In this document: piece after piece, positions 8,097 to 16,581 of the stretch
How positions within the stretch are numbered: the first letter of the stretch is position 1
Layout of the letters: every line of letters begins with the position of its first letter
NCBI GenBank assembly: GCA_031372065.1
Contig: JANMKN010000267.1
Coordinates: 1-17,334 of the forward strand
From: Abditibacteriaceae bacterium
Lineage (GTDB): Bacteria > Armatimonadota > Abditibacteriia > Abditibacteriales > Abditibacteriaceae
Direction: 5' to 3'
DNA length: 17,334 nt
The notes under the pieces: generated by a model
Databases searched by the model: none
What the model saw: only the letters and a program-made list of their open reading frames with translations
Told to the model about the DNA's origin: nothing
Made by a program: the position numbers and the translations under genes

Positions 8097-9474
8097 TCTC
8101 TTCGCATTCAAAATGCCGTTGTCGCGGAAGGCAAGGCAGGCACCGCGACTGTATCTTTTGCAACTACACTTTTCACAGTCAGCGAGCGCCTTGTGACGGT
8201 GGATTATGCCACGGCTAACGGGACGGGCAGCGCGGGGAGCGATTACACGGCGACCAGCGGAAAACTCGCCTTTGCGCCGGGCCAAACCACCCAAACTATG
8301 GTGGTGACTATTCAGGGCGACACGTTGACCGAAGGCCCGGAAACCTTCTTTGTTAATCTAAGCAACCCGGCCAATGCCACTTTTAACGAAGCACAATCTG
8401 GGTCAAATCAGGCGACGGGCACTATTCTTGATGCCAATGGGCCAACAACGATTTCCATTAGCGACATTGCGGTTAATGAAGGCACTGGCGACACGCAAAA
8501 CGCGGTTTTCAAAGTGACGCTTTCCGCGCCCAGCGCTCAAACCATCGGCGTCACTTGCGGCACCAGTGATGGCACAGCGCGGACGCCCTCTGATTACGCC
8601 GCCAGTCGCGTCAATCTGTCCTTCGCGCCCGGCGAAACCTCTAAAACTTTTACGGTGCCAATCATCACCGATAGCACCGATGAAAACAACGAGGTCTTTT
8701 ATGGCTTACTGATCAATCCGGTCAATGCGGGCCTTGCCAAAGGTCGTGGTTCATGCACGATTAGCGATAACGATGTTTGCGCCTTCCATCCCTATCGAAG
8801 AGTTAAGCATCGGAGAAGGAAATCCAATACAAGGCAATCCCAGCCAGCGCACGGCAGTTTTTCGCCTGCATCTTTCTGCGCCCAGCGGCAAATTGGTTAA
8901 GGTGAATTATGCCACCGCTGACAGCATGGCAAAATCGAGCGACGATTATGATGCCGTTCCTACTACACAAATCGCTTTCGCCACCGGCCAAACCGTCGCC
9001 TTAGCGCGCGTTCTCATCAACGGCGACACGCTTAATGAAGCCGACGAAACCTTCAAGGTGAATCTCAGCGGCGCGCTCAATGCGACGATTGCTGATTCGC
9101 AGGCGATTAGCACGATTCTTAACGAAGACCGCGCCCCAGCCTTGCTCATCAACGATGTTAGCGTCTTTGAAGGCGATAACGGCCTTCAAAATTTGGTTTT
9201 CAGCGTCAGTTTGTCGGCGCCCAGCGGGCAAATCATCAGCGTGAATTATGCGACGAGCGACGGGAGCGCACGCTCAACCAGCGACTATACAGCCAAAAGC
9301 GGCACATTAACATTTCCAGTGGGACAAACCAGCCAAAGCATTTTAGTGCCGATTAACGGCGACACCACTTTCGAAGACAGCGAAACGCTGTTTGTGCTGC
9401 TATCTGGCGCCGTCAACGCCAGCATTAGTAAAGCGCGCGGTGTAGGCACCATTCTCAACGAGGATGCTTCGTGA
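8097..9474 (+). pseudogene. 5'-truncated, frameshifted gene of four tandem Calx-beta domains
   Basis: Calx-beta similarity starts upstream of the ORF-track GTG (SLRIQNAVVAEGKAGTATVSF...VTVDYATANGT...SDY). Four repeats contain VxYATxDGxA...SDY...FAPG/FPVG...ETFxVxLS...GTI. One extra T at about 8776-8778 splits ORFs 8193-8900 and 8725-9474. No signal peptide or N-terminus. Confidence 0.85.
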
Positions 9475-9564
9475 AAACCTCTGCGCCCTTTGGGGCGGCG
9501 ATTTAGAATGTTTATTTGCTCTACCAAAACTCGTTAGGGCACTTTTTCGCGTTGTTCTATTCAT

Positions 9565-12240
9565 TTATCGCCCGCTTTGTTGGATAAGTTTGGCAACCAA
9601 GGCTGTCCAGCCGGTTTGATGCGCGGCGCCAAGACCGGCGCCGTTATCGCCGTGGAAGTATTCGTGAAACGGAATGTAATCTTTGAAATGCGGGTCGCTT
9701 TGAAACTTTTCGGTGCCGCCGAAAACGGCGCGGCGCCCGTTTTGGTCGCGGGTGAAAAGGGTGATTAGACGCTGCGATAGTTCGGTGGCGACTTCCCATA
9801 ATGTCATCCACTTTCCGCTGCCCGTCGGGCATTCGATTTTGAAATCCTCGCCGTAGTAGTGATCGAATTTTTGCAGCGCCTCGATGATGAGATAATTGAT
9901 GGGAAACCAAATCGGCCCGCGCCAATTGGAATTGCCGCCAAACAAAGAAGAGCGCGATTCTGCCGGTTGATAATTCAATTCAAAGCGCTCGCCATCCAAA
10001 GTCATCGCATATGGATGCGCTTGGTGGTAGCGCGATACCGAACGCACGCCGTGCGGCGAGAGAAACTCGGTTTCGTCCAACATACGCCGCAAAATATGGC
10101 CCAGACGTTCTTCGTTGACTACCGCAAACAAGCGCCGCTCATGGGTGCCGGTTTGACGCAGCGACGCGGCATCATTGGTCAGCGCGGCGCGGTTTTGAAA
10201 AAACCATTCCATGCGGCCCTTGAAACCGGGCAAACGGTTTAAAAGATGCGCTTCAATCGTATCAACGGCCAGTAACGGAATGAGGCCGACCATCGAACGC
10301 ACGCGCAGAAATTCGCTATTGCTGCCGCAATGCAGCACGTCGTAATAGAATTTGTCTTCGTTATCCCATAAATCGGTGCCGTCGTCGCCGCACGCCGCCG
10401 GGCGATCATTCATGGCGTGCGCGATGTAGAAAAAGTGTTCCAAAAACTTGGTCGCCACATCTTCGTAAGTGTCATCGTAAGCGGCCAGTTCCAGCGCAAT
10501 AGACAGCATATTCAGGCAATACATCGCCATCCAACTGGTGCCATCCGATTGATCGAGTCGCGCGCCGCCGGGCAATGGCTTGCTGCGATCAAAGAGGCCG
10601 ATATTATCCAAGCCCAAAAAGCCGCCCTGAAAAACATTTCGTCCCGTGGCGTCTTTGCGATTGACCCACCAAGTGAAATTCAAGAGCAGTTTGTGAAAAA
10701 CGCGCTCTAAAAACTTGTAATCGCCTTGCCCGCGCTGTCGCTTTTCGATGCGAAAAACGCGCAGTGCCGCCCACGCGTGAACCGGCGGGTTGACATCCGA
10801 AAAATTCCATTCATAGGCCGGTAATTGCCCGTTGGGATGCATAAACCATTCGCGCAAAAGCAGAATCAACTGGTCTTTGGCGAAATCGGAATCCACCAGT
10901 GACAACGCAATGCAATGAAACGCTAAATCCCATGCCGCGAACCACGGATATTCCCATTTGTCGGGCATGGACAAAATATCGTGGCTATCGAAATGCGTCC
11001 AATCGGCGTTGCGTCCGTGCCAGCGCTCGACGGGCGGCGTTGGCATATTTTTGTCGCCGCCGAGCCAATCGCGCACATCGTAATTGAAAAACTGCTTGCT
11101 CCACAACAAGCCGCCGAGTGCCTGACGCTGCACATTTTTGGCGTCGTGGGATAAGCCTTCGGGCGCCACGCGATTGTAAAATTCATCGGCTTCGCTGCGG
11201 CGCGCCTGCAAAATTTCCTCAAACGCCGCGCCAAAGGCATTCGAGAGCGGCACATCGTTGAGCAAACGCAAATAAAGCGTGCGTTCTTCGCCCGCTTCGA
11301 GTTGCAATTGATAATGCGCGCTCGCTTTGGTGCCGCTCTGCTGCGGATTTATGCTCGGCGCGCCGTGAATAAGGTAGTCGTTGATGCCGTCTTTGACAAA
11401 ACCTTGATTTGTGCCGCCGAACAATCGCGCGTTGTTGGTTTCGTTCTCGCAAAAAAGCAGTTCCGGCACGTCGTCGGCTTTTTGGTCTTTGCGACAGAGC
11501 AGCCAATAAGTGCCGATAATTGGATGCTCGGCTTGCACCACGGTGCGGCGCGTGGCCTCGGCAGTTTTTTCTTGTTCTGGCACAAAAAGGCGCGGTTTGG
11601 GTCGCCCTTTCCATGTCCATGTGTTGCGAAACCACAGTGTCGGCAAAACGCGTAGCGCCGCTGCTTCCGGGCCACGATTGCACACCGTAATCGCGATTAA
11701 AATGTCGTGCGGCGCGGCTTTGGCGTATTCAACAAAGACATCGAAATAGCGATTATCATCAAAAACGCCGGTATCAAGCAGTTCAAATTCATCGTCATTT
11801 TTGTCGCGCGCGGCATTGACTTCAATCAGTTGCTGATACGGAAAAGCGCGCTGCGGATATTTATAGAGGCACTTGCAATACGAATGCGTCGGCGTCGAAT
11901 CGAGATAATAAAACAATTCTTTAACGTCTTCGCCGTGGCTGCCTTCGTTGCCGGTTAAACCAAAGATTCGTTCTTTGAGAATCGGGTCGTTTTCGTTACA
12001 CAAGGCCAGCGAAAAACACAAACGTTGCTGATCGTCACAAAAACCGGCGATGCCATCTTCGCTCCAACGATAAGCCCGCGAACGCGCATGGTCGTGTGGG
12101 AAAAAATCCCATGCCGCGCCATCGGCACTATAATCCTCGCGCACCGTGCCCCACGCGCGCTCGGAAATATATGGCCCCCATTGCTTCCACGCCGCCTTGC
12201 CTTCTCGCGCTTCTTTGAGGCGTTGTTCTTCGGGAATCAT
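9565..12240 (-). CDS. GH63-like / MGH1-like glucosidase (YMR196W-like family)
   Basis: Likely start ATG 12240 ([10 protein letters not shown]). Motifs [76 protein letters not shown]. Confidence 0.9.
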   Translation of the reverse strand: MIPEEQRLKEAREGKAAWKQWGPYISERAWGTVREDYSADGAAWDFFPHDHARSRAYRWSEDGIAGFCDDQQRLCFSLALCNENDPILKERIFGLTGNEGSHGEDVKELFYYLDSTPTHSYCKCLYKYPQRAFPYQQLIEVNAARDKNDDEFELLDTGVFDDNRYFDVFVEYAKAAPHDILIAITVCNRGPEAAALRVLPTLWFRNTWTWKGRPKPRLFVPEQEKTAEATRRTVVQAEHPIIGTYWLLCRKDQKADDVPELLFCENETNNARLFGGTNQGFVKDGINDYLIHGAPSINPQQSGTKASAHYQLQLEAGEERTLYLRLLNDVPLSNAFGAAFEEILQARRSEADEFYNRVAPEGLSHDAKNVQRQALGGLLWSKQFFNYDVRDWLGGDKNMPTPPVERWHGRNADWTHFDSHDILSMPDKWEYPWFAAWDLAFHCIALSLVDSDFAKDQLILLLREWFMHPNGQLPAYEWNFSDVNPPVHAWAALRVFRIEKRQRGQGDYKFLERVFHKLLLNFTWWVNRKDATGRNVFQGGFLGLDNIGLFDRSKPLPGGARLDQSDGTSWMAMYCLNMLSIALELAAYDDTYEDVATKFLEHFFYIAHAMNDRPAACGDDGTDLWDNEDKFYYDVLHCGSNSEFLRVRSMVGLIPLLAVDTIEAHLLNRLPGFKGRMEWFFQNRAALTNDAASLRQTGTHERRLFAVVNEERLGHILRRMLDETEFLSPHGVRSVSRYHQAHPYAMTLDGERFELNYQPAESRSSLFGGNSNWRGPIWFPINYLIIEALQKFDHYYGEDFKIECPTGSGKWMTLWEVATELSQRLITLFTRDQNGRRAVFGGTEKFQSDPHFKDYIPFHEYFHGDNGAGLGAAHQTGWTALVAKLIQQSGR

Positions 12241-12313
12241 ATAGCTTTTAGCGGTTAGCAATTAGCGGTCAGCGAATTCTGCTCCTCGCTAAAAGCTAAC
12301 CGCTAATTGCTAT
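12241..12313. repeat. Palindromic element made of inverted heptamer (TAGCnnn) tandem repeats
   Basis: Left arm TAGCTTT-TAGCGGT-TAGCAAT-TAGCGGT-CAGCGA. Reverse complement of the right arm TAGCAAT-TAGCGGT-TAGCTTT-TAGCGA. Fills almost the whole SDR-GH63 intergenic gap. Confidence 0.85.
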
Positions 12314-12314
12314 T

Positions 12315-13082
12315 TTAATATCTCGTCACATCCAGCACATTGCCGCCATCCACATAATAGGTGCTGCCTGTCACATAATCGCTTTCGTTGCTGGCTAAGA
12401 AAACTGTTAGCGACGCGACATCTTCCGGTGTGCCAAAACGCGCCCACGGAATTTCCGCTAAGGCTTGTTTGACTGTGGCCGGATTATTCAGCGTTTCCTG
12501 ATTAATCGGCGTGGCGATAGCGCCGGGCGCGATGTTGTTGCAGTTGATCTTGTGCGGCGCCAGTTCCAAAGCGACGTTGCGCATTAGCATTCTCATGCCG
12601 CCTTTGGCGACACAATACGGCGTGTATTGCGGAAAGGGCACATCTTCGTGAATGCTGGACATGAAAATGATTTTGCCGCCGCCGCCTTGCTTCACCATTT
12701 GCCGCGCGCCGCATTGTGCGACCACGAAGGAACCATACAAATTGACGTTAATTTGCTTGTCCCATTCTTCGTCGGGCACTTCCAAAAACGGCGTTTTGAT
12801 TTCCATGCCGGCGTTGCTGACAACGATGTCCAATCGTCCAAATTCTGCGACCACTGCGGCCACCATACGCTCGACATCTTCGCGCTTGCTGACATCGGCC
12901 ACAACAGCCATGCCCGGCGTTTCCAGACGCGCTAAAATGGCGTCCACTTTTTCTTTGTTGCCGGGACGCTCCCGATAATTGACGGCCACGCGCGCGCCTT
13001 CGCGCGCAAAACGTTCGGCGATGCCGGTGCCAATGCCACTACTGGCGCCAGTCACAATGGCGACTTTATCTTTAAGTCTCAT
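12315..13082 (-). CDS. Short-chain dehydrogenase/reductase, glucose 1-dehydrogenase-like
   Basis: TGASSGIG Rossmann motif, VSNAG, MSSIHE, catalytic YCVAK, NNIAPGAIATPIN, YVTGSTYYVDGG. AAGGAA RBS upstream. Confidence 0.9.
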   Translation of the reverse strand: MRLKDKVAIVTGASSGIGTGIAERFAREGARVAVNYRERPGNKEKVDAILARLETPGMAVVADVSKREDVERMVAAVVAEFGRLDIVVSNAGMEIKTPFLEVPDEEWDKQINVNLYGSFVVAQCGARQMVKQGGGGKIIFMSSIHEDVPFPQYTPYCVAKGGMRMLMRNVALELAPHKINCNNIAPGAIATPINQETLNNPATVKQALAEIPWARFGTPEDVASLTVFLASNESDYVTGSTYYVDGGNVLDVTRY

Positions 13083-13144
13083 GAATTCCTTTGCGGTGAT
13101 GTTTCTTGGTTTAGATTAACAAAAACCGGCGGCTGTTATCGCTT

Positions 13145-14047
13145 TTAATACTCCACCAGCATCGGCTCATCTTTTTGCGCCCAGCCATTTACTTTGATGT
13201 CGCGCAACCAAAACAACTTGCCCGGCGCGCCACCTTTGACTTCCGCTTCGATTAAAGGGCGCACGCTTTGAATCAATTCTTCCAAATCGTCATCGCTCAA
13301 TTCTTCCAATTCGTTGGCTGCTTTTACAGCTTCATCAATGTGGCGCTCGCTGTTTAAACCCAAAATTGCCAGCGAAACTTGCGGCAAACCGAGCGAATAA
13401 CGCAGCGCCAAATCGCGTTTGGAAAAAGCGCCATGCCCGAACACTTTCATGGCGATAACTGCTGTGTTTTTCTCCTGCGCGACGGGCAAAAGAAACGTTT
13501 CCGGGCTGGAAACGAGCCGATCCGCGATGCCGAGTGCCACTAAAACCGAATCGAAGTCGTAACAGCGCAAAGCGTTCGCTAAAATTTCGGGGCGCGTGTG
13601 GCCGGTAATGCCAATAAAACGCACTAAACCTTCCGCGCGCGCTTCTTCCAATGCCGTCAAAGCGCCGTCGGGCGCGATAATCTGCTCCCAATCGGCCCAA
13701 GTGTTGACGGCGTGAATTTGAATCAAATCCACATGGTCGGTTTGCAGTTTTTTCAGCGATTTTTCCAGTTCTTCGCGCACTCCATTGTAACTCCGATTGT
13801 TTATTTTGGTGGCGAGGAATGTTTCGGCCCGCCGCGTTTTCATCACTTCGCCGACCACAGGTTCGCTGCCATAATCGGGCGAGGTGTCAATGTAGGTGAT
13901 ACCTTTGTCCAATGCGTGATGCAGGCAGGCCACGCCCGTTTCAAAAGGAATATTGTCCTGCTTGCCCAGCGGCGCGGTTCCGTAGCCAATCAGCGGCACG
14001 CGCACACCTGTGGCGCCAAAGGCGCGGGTTGTTTCCAATGTAATCAT
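13145..14047 (-). CDS. Aldo/keto reductase
   Basis: IGYGT, YIDTSPDYG (Asp/Tyr), LATK (Lys), VDLIQIH (His), GLVRFIGITGH, IAMKVFG. GGAGGA RBS at 14051-14056 on the minus strand. Confidence 0.92.
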   Translation of the reverse strand: MITLETTRAFGATGVRVPLIGYGTAPLGKQDNIPFETGVACLHHALDKGITYIDTSPDYGSEPVVGEVMKTRRAETFLATKINNRSYNGVREELEKSLKKLQTDHVDLIQIHAVNTWADWEQIIAPDGALTALEEARAEGLVRFIGITGHTRPEILANALRCYDFDSVLVALGIADRLVSSPETFLLPVAQEKNTAVIAMKVFGHGAFSKRDLALRYSLGLPQVSLAILGLNSERHIDEAVKAANELEELSDDDLEELIQSVRPLIEAEVKGGAPGKLFWLRDIKVNGWAQKDEPMLVEY

Positions 14048-14108
14048 AAATCCTCCAGAATTCAGGGCGCGGCGCTGCGAAAATTGTGCCGTATATGGAA
14101 GCGTTCAA

Positions 14109-14137
14109 TTGTAGAAATAACCGCGCTCAAATATACT
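14109..14137 (+). promoter_or_regulatory. Candidate sigma70-type promoter for tatA
   Basis: TTGTAG (14109-14114), 17-nt spacer, TATACT (14132-14137) in the divergent intergenic region. Confidence 0.5.
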
Positions 14138-14227
14138 GCGGAACGCCAGAGAGTGCGGTTTGTCAAAGCCAAAACACAACCGCAAGACGTGGAATTTTAA
14201 GTGGCGCCCAGCGCCTGGAGGACAACG

Positions 14228-14401
14228 ATGTTAGGACTCGGAACCAACGAACTTTTGATTGTCATGGTAATCGTGCTGATTTTATTTGGTGGCGCGAAAA
14301 TCCCGCAAATGATGAAGGGCATGGGTGAAGGAATGCGCGAATTCAAAAAAGCCGCGCACGAAGACGAAGACGTGAAAAAAGAAACCAAAATTTCTTCGTA
14401 A
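14228..14401 (+). CDS. tatA: Twin-arginine translocase subunit TatA/TatE
   Basis: GGAGGA (14217-14222) then ATG 14228. MLGLGTNELLIVMVIVLILFGGAKIPQMMKGMGEGMREFKKA shows the TM helix, FG hinge, amphipathic helix with EFKKA and a charged tail. Confidence 0.95.
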   Translation: MLGLGTNELLIVMVIVLILFGGAKIPQMMKGMGEGMREFKKAAHEDEDVKKETKISS

Positions 14402-14420
14402 AACACCCACCCTTCCTTTG

Positions 14421-14504
14421 ACGGGAAGGCGAAAAGCGCAGAAAGACGGAAAGGCTTGTGAATTGCCTTTCCGTCTTTCCGCACTTCTCTCCTTCCCGTT
14501 TTTT
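14421..14504 (+). terminator. Long hairpin (35-bp arms) with T-tract after tatA; likely intrinsic terminator or REP-like element
   Basis: 14421-14455 matches the reverse complement of 14465-14499 at 31/35, with a 9-nt loop. The right arm ends in a T6 run at 14499-14504. Confidence 0.7.
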
Positions 14505-14516
14505 GTTGACCAAACC

Positions 14517-15677
14517 ATGATTGACACCGATTTTTTCGCGTGGCGCGAACGCGAATTTCCCTTTTTTCAGAAGCGAATTTTCCTGACGCACGCCTCGGTT
14601 TCGCCGCTTCCGGCGCGTTCGCGCGATGCGCTGCAAAATTACGCCGCGCTTGTCGCCGCTGAAGGCCAATTCGACGCGGCGCATTTTTCGGTTTATGCGC
14701 GCTGCAAAGAGCGTTTCGCGCAGCTTATCGGCGCTCCGGCGCAGCCCGAAGAAATCGCCTTTGCCGGTTCGACTTCGCACGCGTTGGGTTTGGTGGCAAC
14801 CAGTTTCGATTGGCAAGCAGGCGACAATTGCATCGTGGCTGACGGCGATTTTCCCGCCAACGTTATCACTTGGAAAAATTTAGCGTTCACACACGGCGTC
14901 GAAACGCGCCTGATTCCCTTTCGCCCCGCAATGGATTTGACGGTTGACGACATCGCGCCTTTAATTGACGAGCGCACGAAAATTGTCAGTCTCGCGTCGG
15001 CGAATTTCGTTTCGGGTTGCCCGATAGATGTAAACGCCATCGGCGCCTATTTGCATGAGCGCGGCATTTTATTTTGCGTGGACGCCATTCAAACGCTCGG
15101 TGCCATTGAATTTGATGCCACAAATGTAGATTTCGTCTGCGCCGACGCGCATAAATGGCTTTTGGGGCCAAACGGCACCGCTGTTTTATGGGCGCGCGGC
15201 GAGGTTCTAACGAAAATGCGCCCGCAAATTCTTGGTTGGCTGGCCGTTGCGGGCCGCGATAATTGGCTGGCTTACGACACTACGCCGGTTGCCGGTGCCG
15301 AACGTTTCGAGCCGGGCGCGCGCAATTATTTGGGAGTGGTGGCAACCGAAGCCTCGCTTTCGCTTTTGCAAGATTTCGGCATGGCGAATGTCGAAAAACG
15401 CGTCGTCGAATTGCGCAATTACGCCGCGCAAAAATTGCAAGAAATCGGCTGCGAATTGCTGTGGAATCCGTTACCAAATTCCAAAGGCGGTGTGGTCACG
15501 TTTCAGCCGCCGCGCGGCGATATTGCAGCTTTATTTAACAAATTAGAAGAGCGTTTTGCTGTTTCTTTGCGCCAAGACCGCGCGGGCCAAGATTGGCTGC
15601 GCATTTCGGCGCATTTTATGAATTGTGAAGCGGATTTGGATCAATTGGCGGACGCGATTCAATCCTTCGGAAAATAA
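14517..15677 (+). CDS. Aminotransferase class V-fold PLP-dependent enzyme
   Basis: Likely start ATG 14517 (MIDTDFF). Motifs FLTHASVSPLP, STSHAL, DFPAN, VDAIQTLG, ADAHKWLLGPNG (PLP lysine), RFEPG, LRISAHFMN. Confidence 0.9.
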   Translation: MIDTDFFAWREREFPFFQKRIFLTHASVSPLPARSRDALQNYAALVAAEGQFDAAHFSVYARCKERFAQLIGAPAQPEEIAFAGSTSHALGLVATSFDWQAGDNCIVADGDFPANVITWKNLAFTHGVETRLIPFRPAMDLTVDDIAPLIDERTKIVSLASANFVSGCPIDVNAIGAYLHERGILFCVDAIQTLGAIEFDATNVDFVCADAHKWLLGPNGTAVLWARGEVLTKMRPQILGWLAVAGRDNWLAYDTTPVAGAERFEPGARNYLGVVATEASLSLLQDFGMANVEKRVVELRNYAAQKLQEIGCELLWNPLPNSKGGVVTFQPPRGDIAALFNKLEERFAVSLRQDRAGQDWLRISAHFMNCEADLDQLADAIQSFGK

Positions 15678-16575
15678 GCGGCGCCCCGGCAGAAATCCAA
15701 AAACCAACGAGCGCATAACGCATATACGCCGCGCCGAGCGATACAAAATCTTCGCCGCGCGGCAATAGCAAGCCAAGTCCATCCCAGAAAACGCCTACGC
15801 CAATCAAGCCAATCACATAACGTAAGATTTTATTGCCGCCATTGGCGTAGCCGCCATTTTTCAGAATCCAGCAAGCGCCAACAAGAAAACCGAAGAATGC
15901 TCCTGATGTTTTAACAATAGACTGAAGCGAGTAAACAGCGCCATAAAGATTTGGATGTGCCTTGAATTCTGCTGTGCCGAAATAAAACAACATTTTTAAA
16001 CCGAAACTTGCAGAATTAGATTCAATCGTTTGTAAGTGCCTTCCCCAACGAAAATAAAAACAGATAAATAATGAAGTCGCTACAAAGCAAAGCATAAGAC
16101 ATTGTAAAAAATCCAACTTTTGTAACCAATTCCCAATTGGCTTTTCCAATTTCAAAAAGGTGCCGAGCAAAAAGGCGCCGATGAGCCAACCGCCTAAAAC
16201 GTCGCCGGGAAAATGAACATTCAAAACAAGACGCGACAGGCCGATAAAAGCGCATAAAATCAGCGCGATGCCCCACGCGAGGCGCGTTTTGGCTTTGGCG
16301 GCTAATAATCCCCAAACCGCGACGGCATTTTGCGCGTGGCCCGATGGAAAACCGAAACTCGGTTCAAACGCGTGCGCGATGATTTTGGCATCCAGCCACG
16401 CCGGACGCGGCGCGTGAAAGAACAATTTCAACGCGCCGTTCAAATTCGCACTCAGCAAAAACATAACGCCGATGCGCAAACCCAAACGCGCATTCACGCA
16501 CCACAAAAGCGCGGGCATAATCAGCAAATAAAACTCTTCTGAGCCGAAAAACGAGAGTATTTTCCAGAAAATCAT
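15616..16575 (-). CDS. PAP2-family membrane phosphatase
   Basis: All three PAP2 motifs: KLFFHAPRP (Kx6RP), FPSGH, SRLVLNVHFPGD (SRx5Hx3D). Multiple hydrophobic TM segments. Confidence 0.92.
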   Translation of the reverse strand: MIFWKILSFFGSEEFYLLIMPALLWCVNARLGLRIGVMFLLSANLNGALKLFFHAPRPAWLDAKIIAHAFEPSFGFPSGHAQNAVAVWGLLAAKAKTRLAWGIALILCAFIGLSRLVLNVHFPGDVLGGWLIGAFLLGTFLKLEKPIGNWLQKLDFLQCLMLCFVATSLFICFYFRWGRHLQTIESNSASFGLKMLFYFGTAEFKAHPNLYGAVYSLQSIVKTSGAFFGFLVGACWILKNGGYANGGNKILRYVIGLIGVGVFWDGLGLLLPRGEDFVSLGAAYMRYALVGFWISAGAPLIFRRIESRPPIDPNPLHNS

Positions 16576-16581
16576 AGGCTA

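Noticed and set aside
7465..8294. ORFs 7465-7968 and 7764-8294 as intact genes
   Set aside because: The first is the middle of a broken ATPase, with Walker A upstream beyond two stops and a non-homologous tail. The second is an off-frame shadow spanning the junction.
7640..9474. Active anti-phage STAND (Avs-like) system
   Set aside because: The ATPase is a short, stop-interrupted fragment of the regulatory COG3903 type, with no effector or TPR domains.
9484..9497. Small hairpin CGCCC-TTTG-GGGCG after the Calx-beta stop
   Set aside because: The stem is only 5 bp with no adjacent T-tract and no second copy seen, too weak to call a terminator or REP.
14418..14516. Extended N-termini given by the ORF track (also at 1504, 2416, 4978, 12261 and 14201)
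   Set aside because: The extensions run through hairpins or promoter regions, while downstream ATGs match family N-termini and/or have an RBS.
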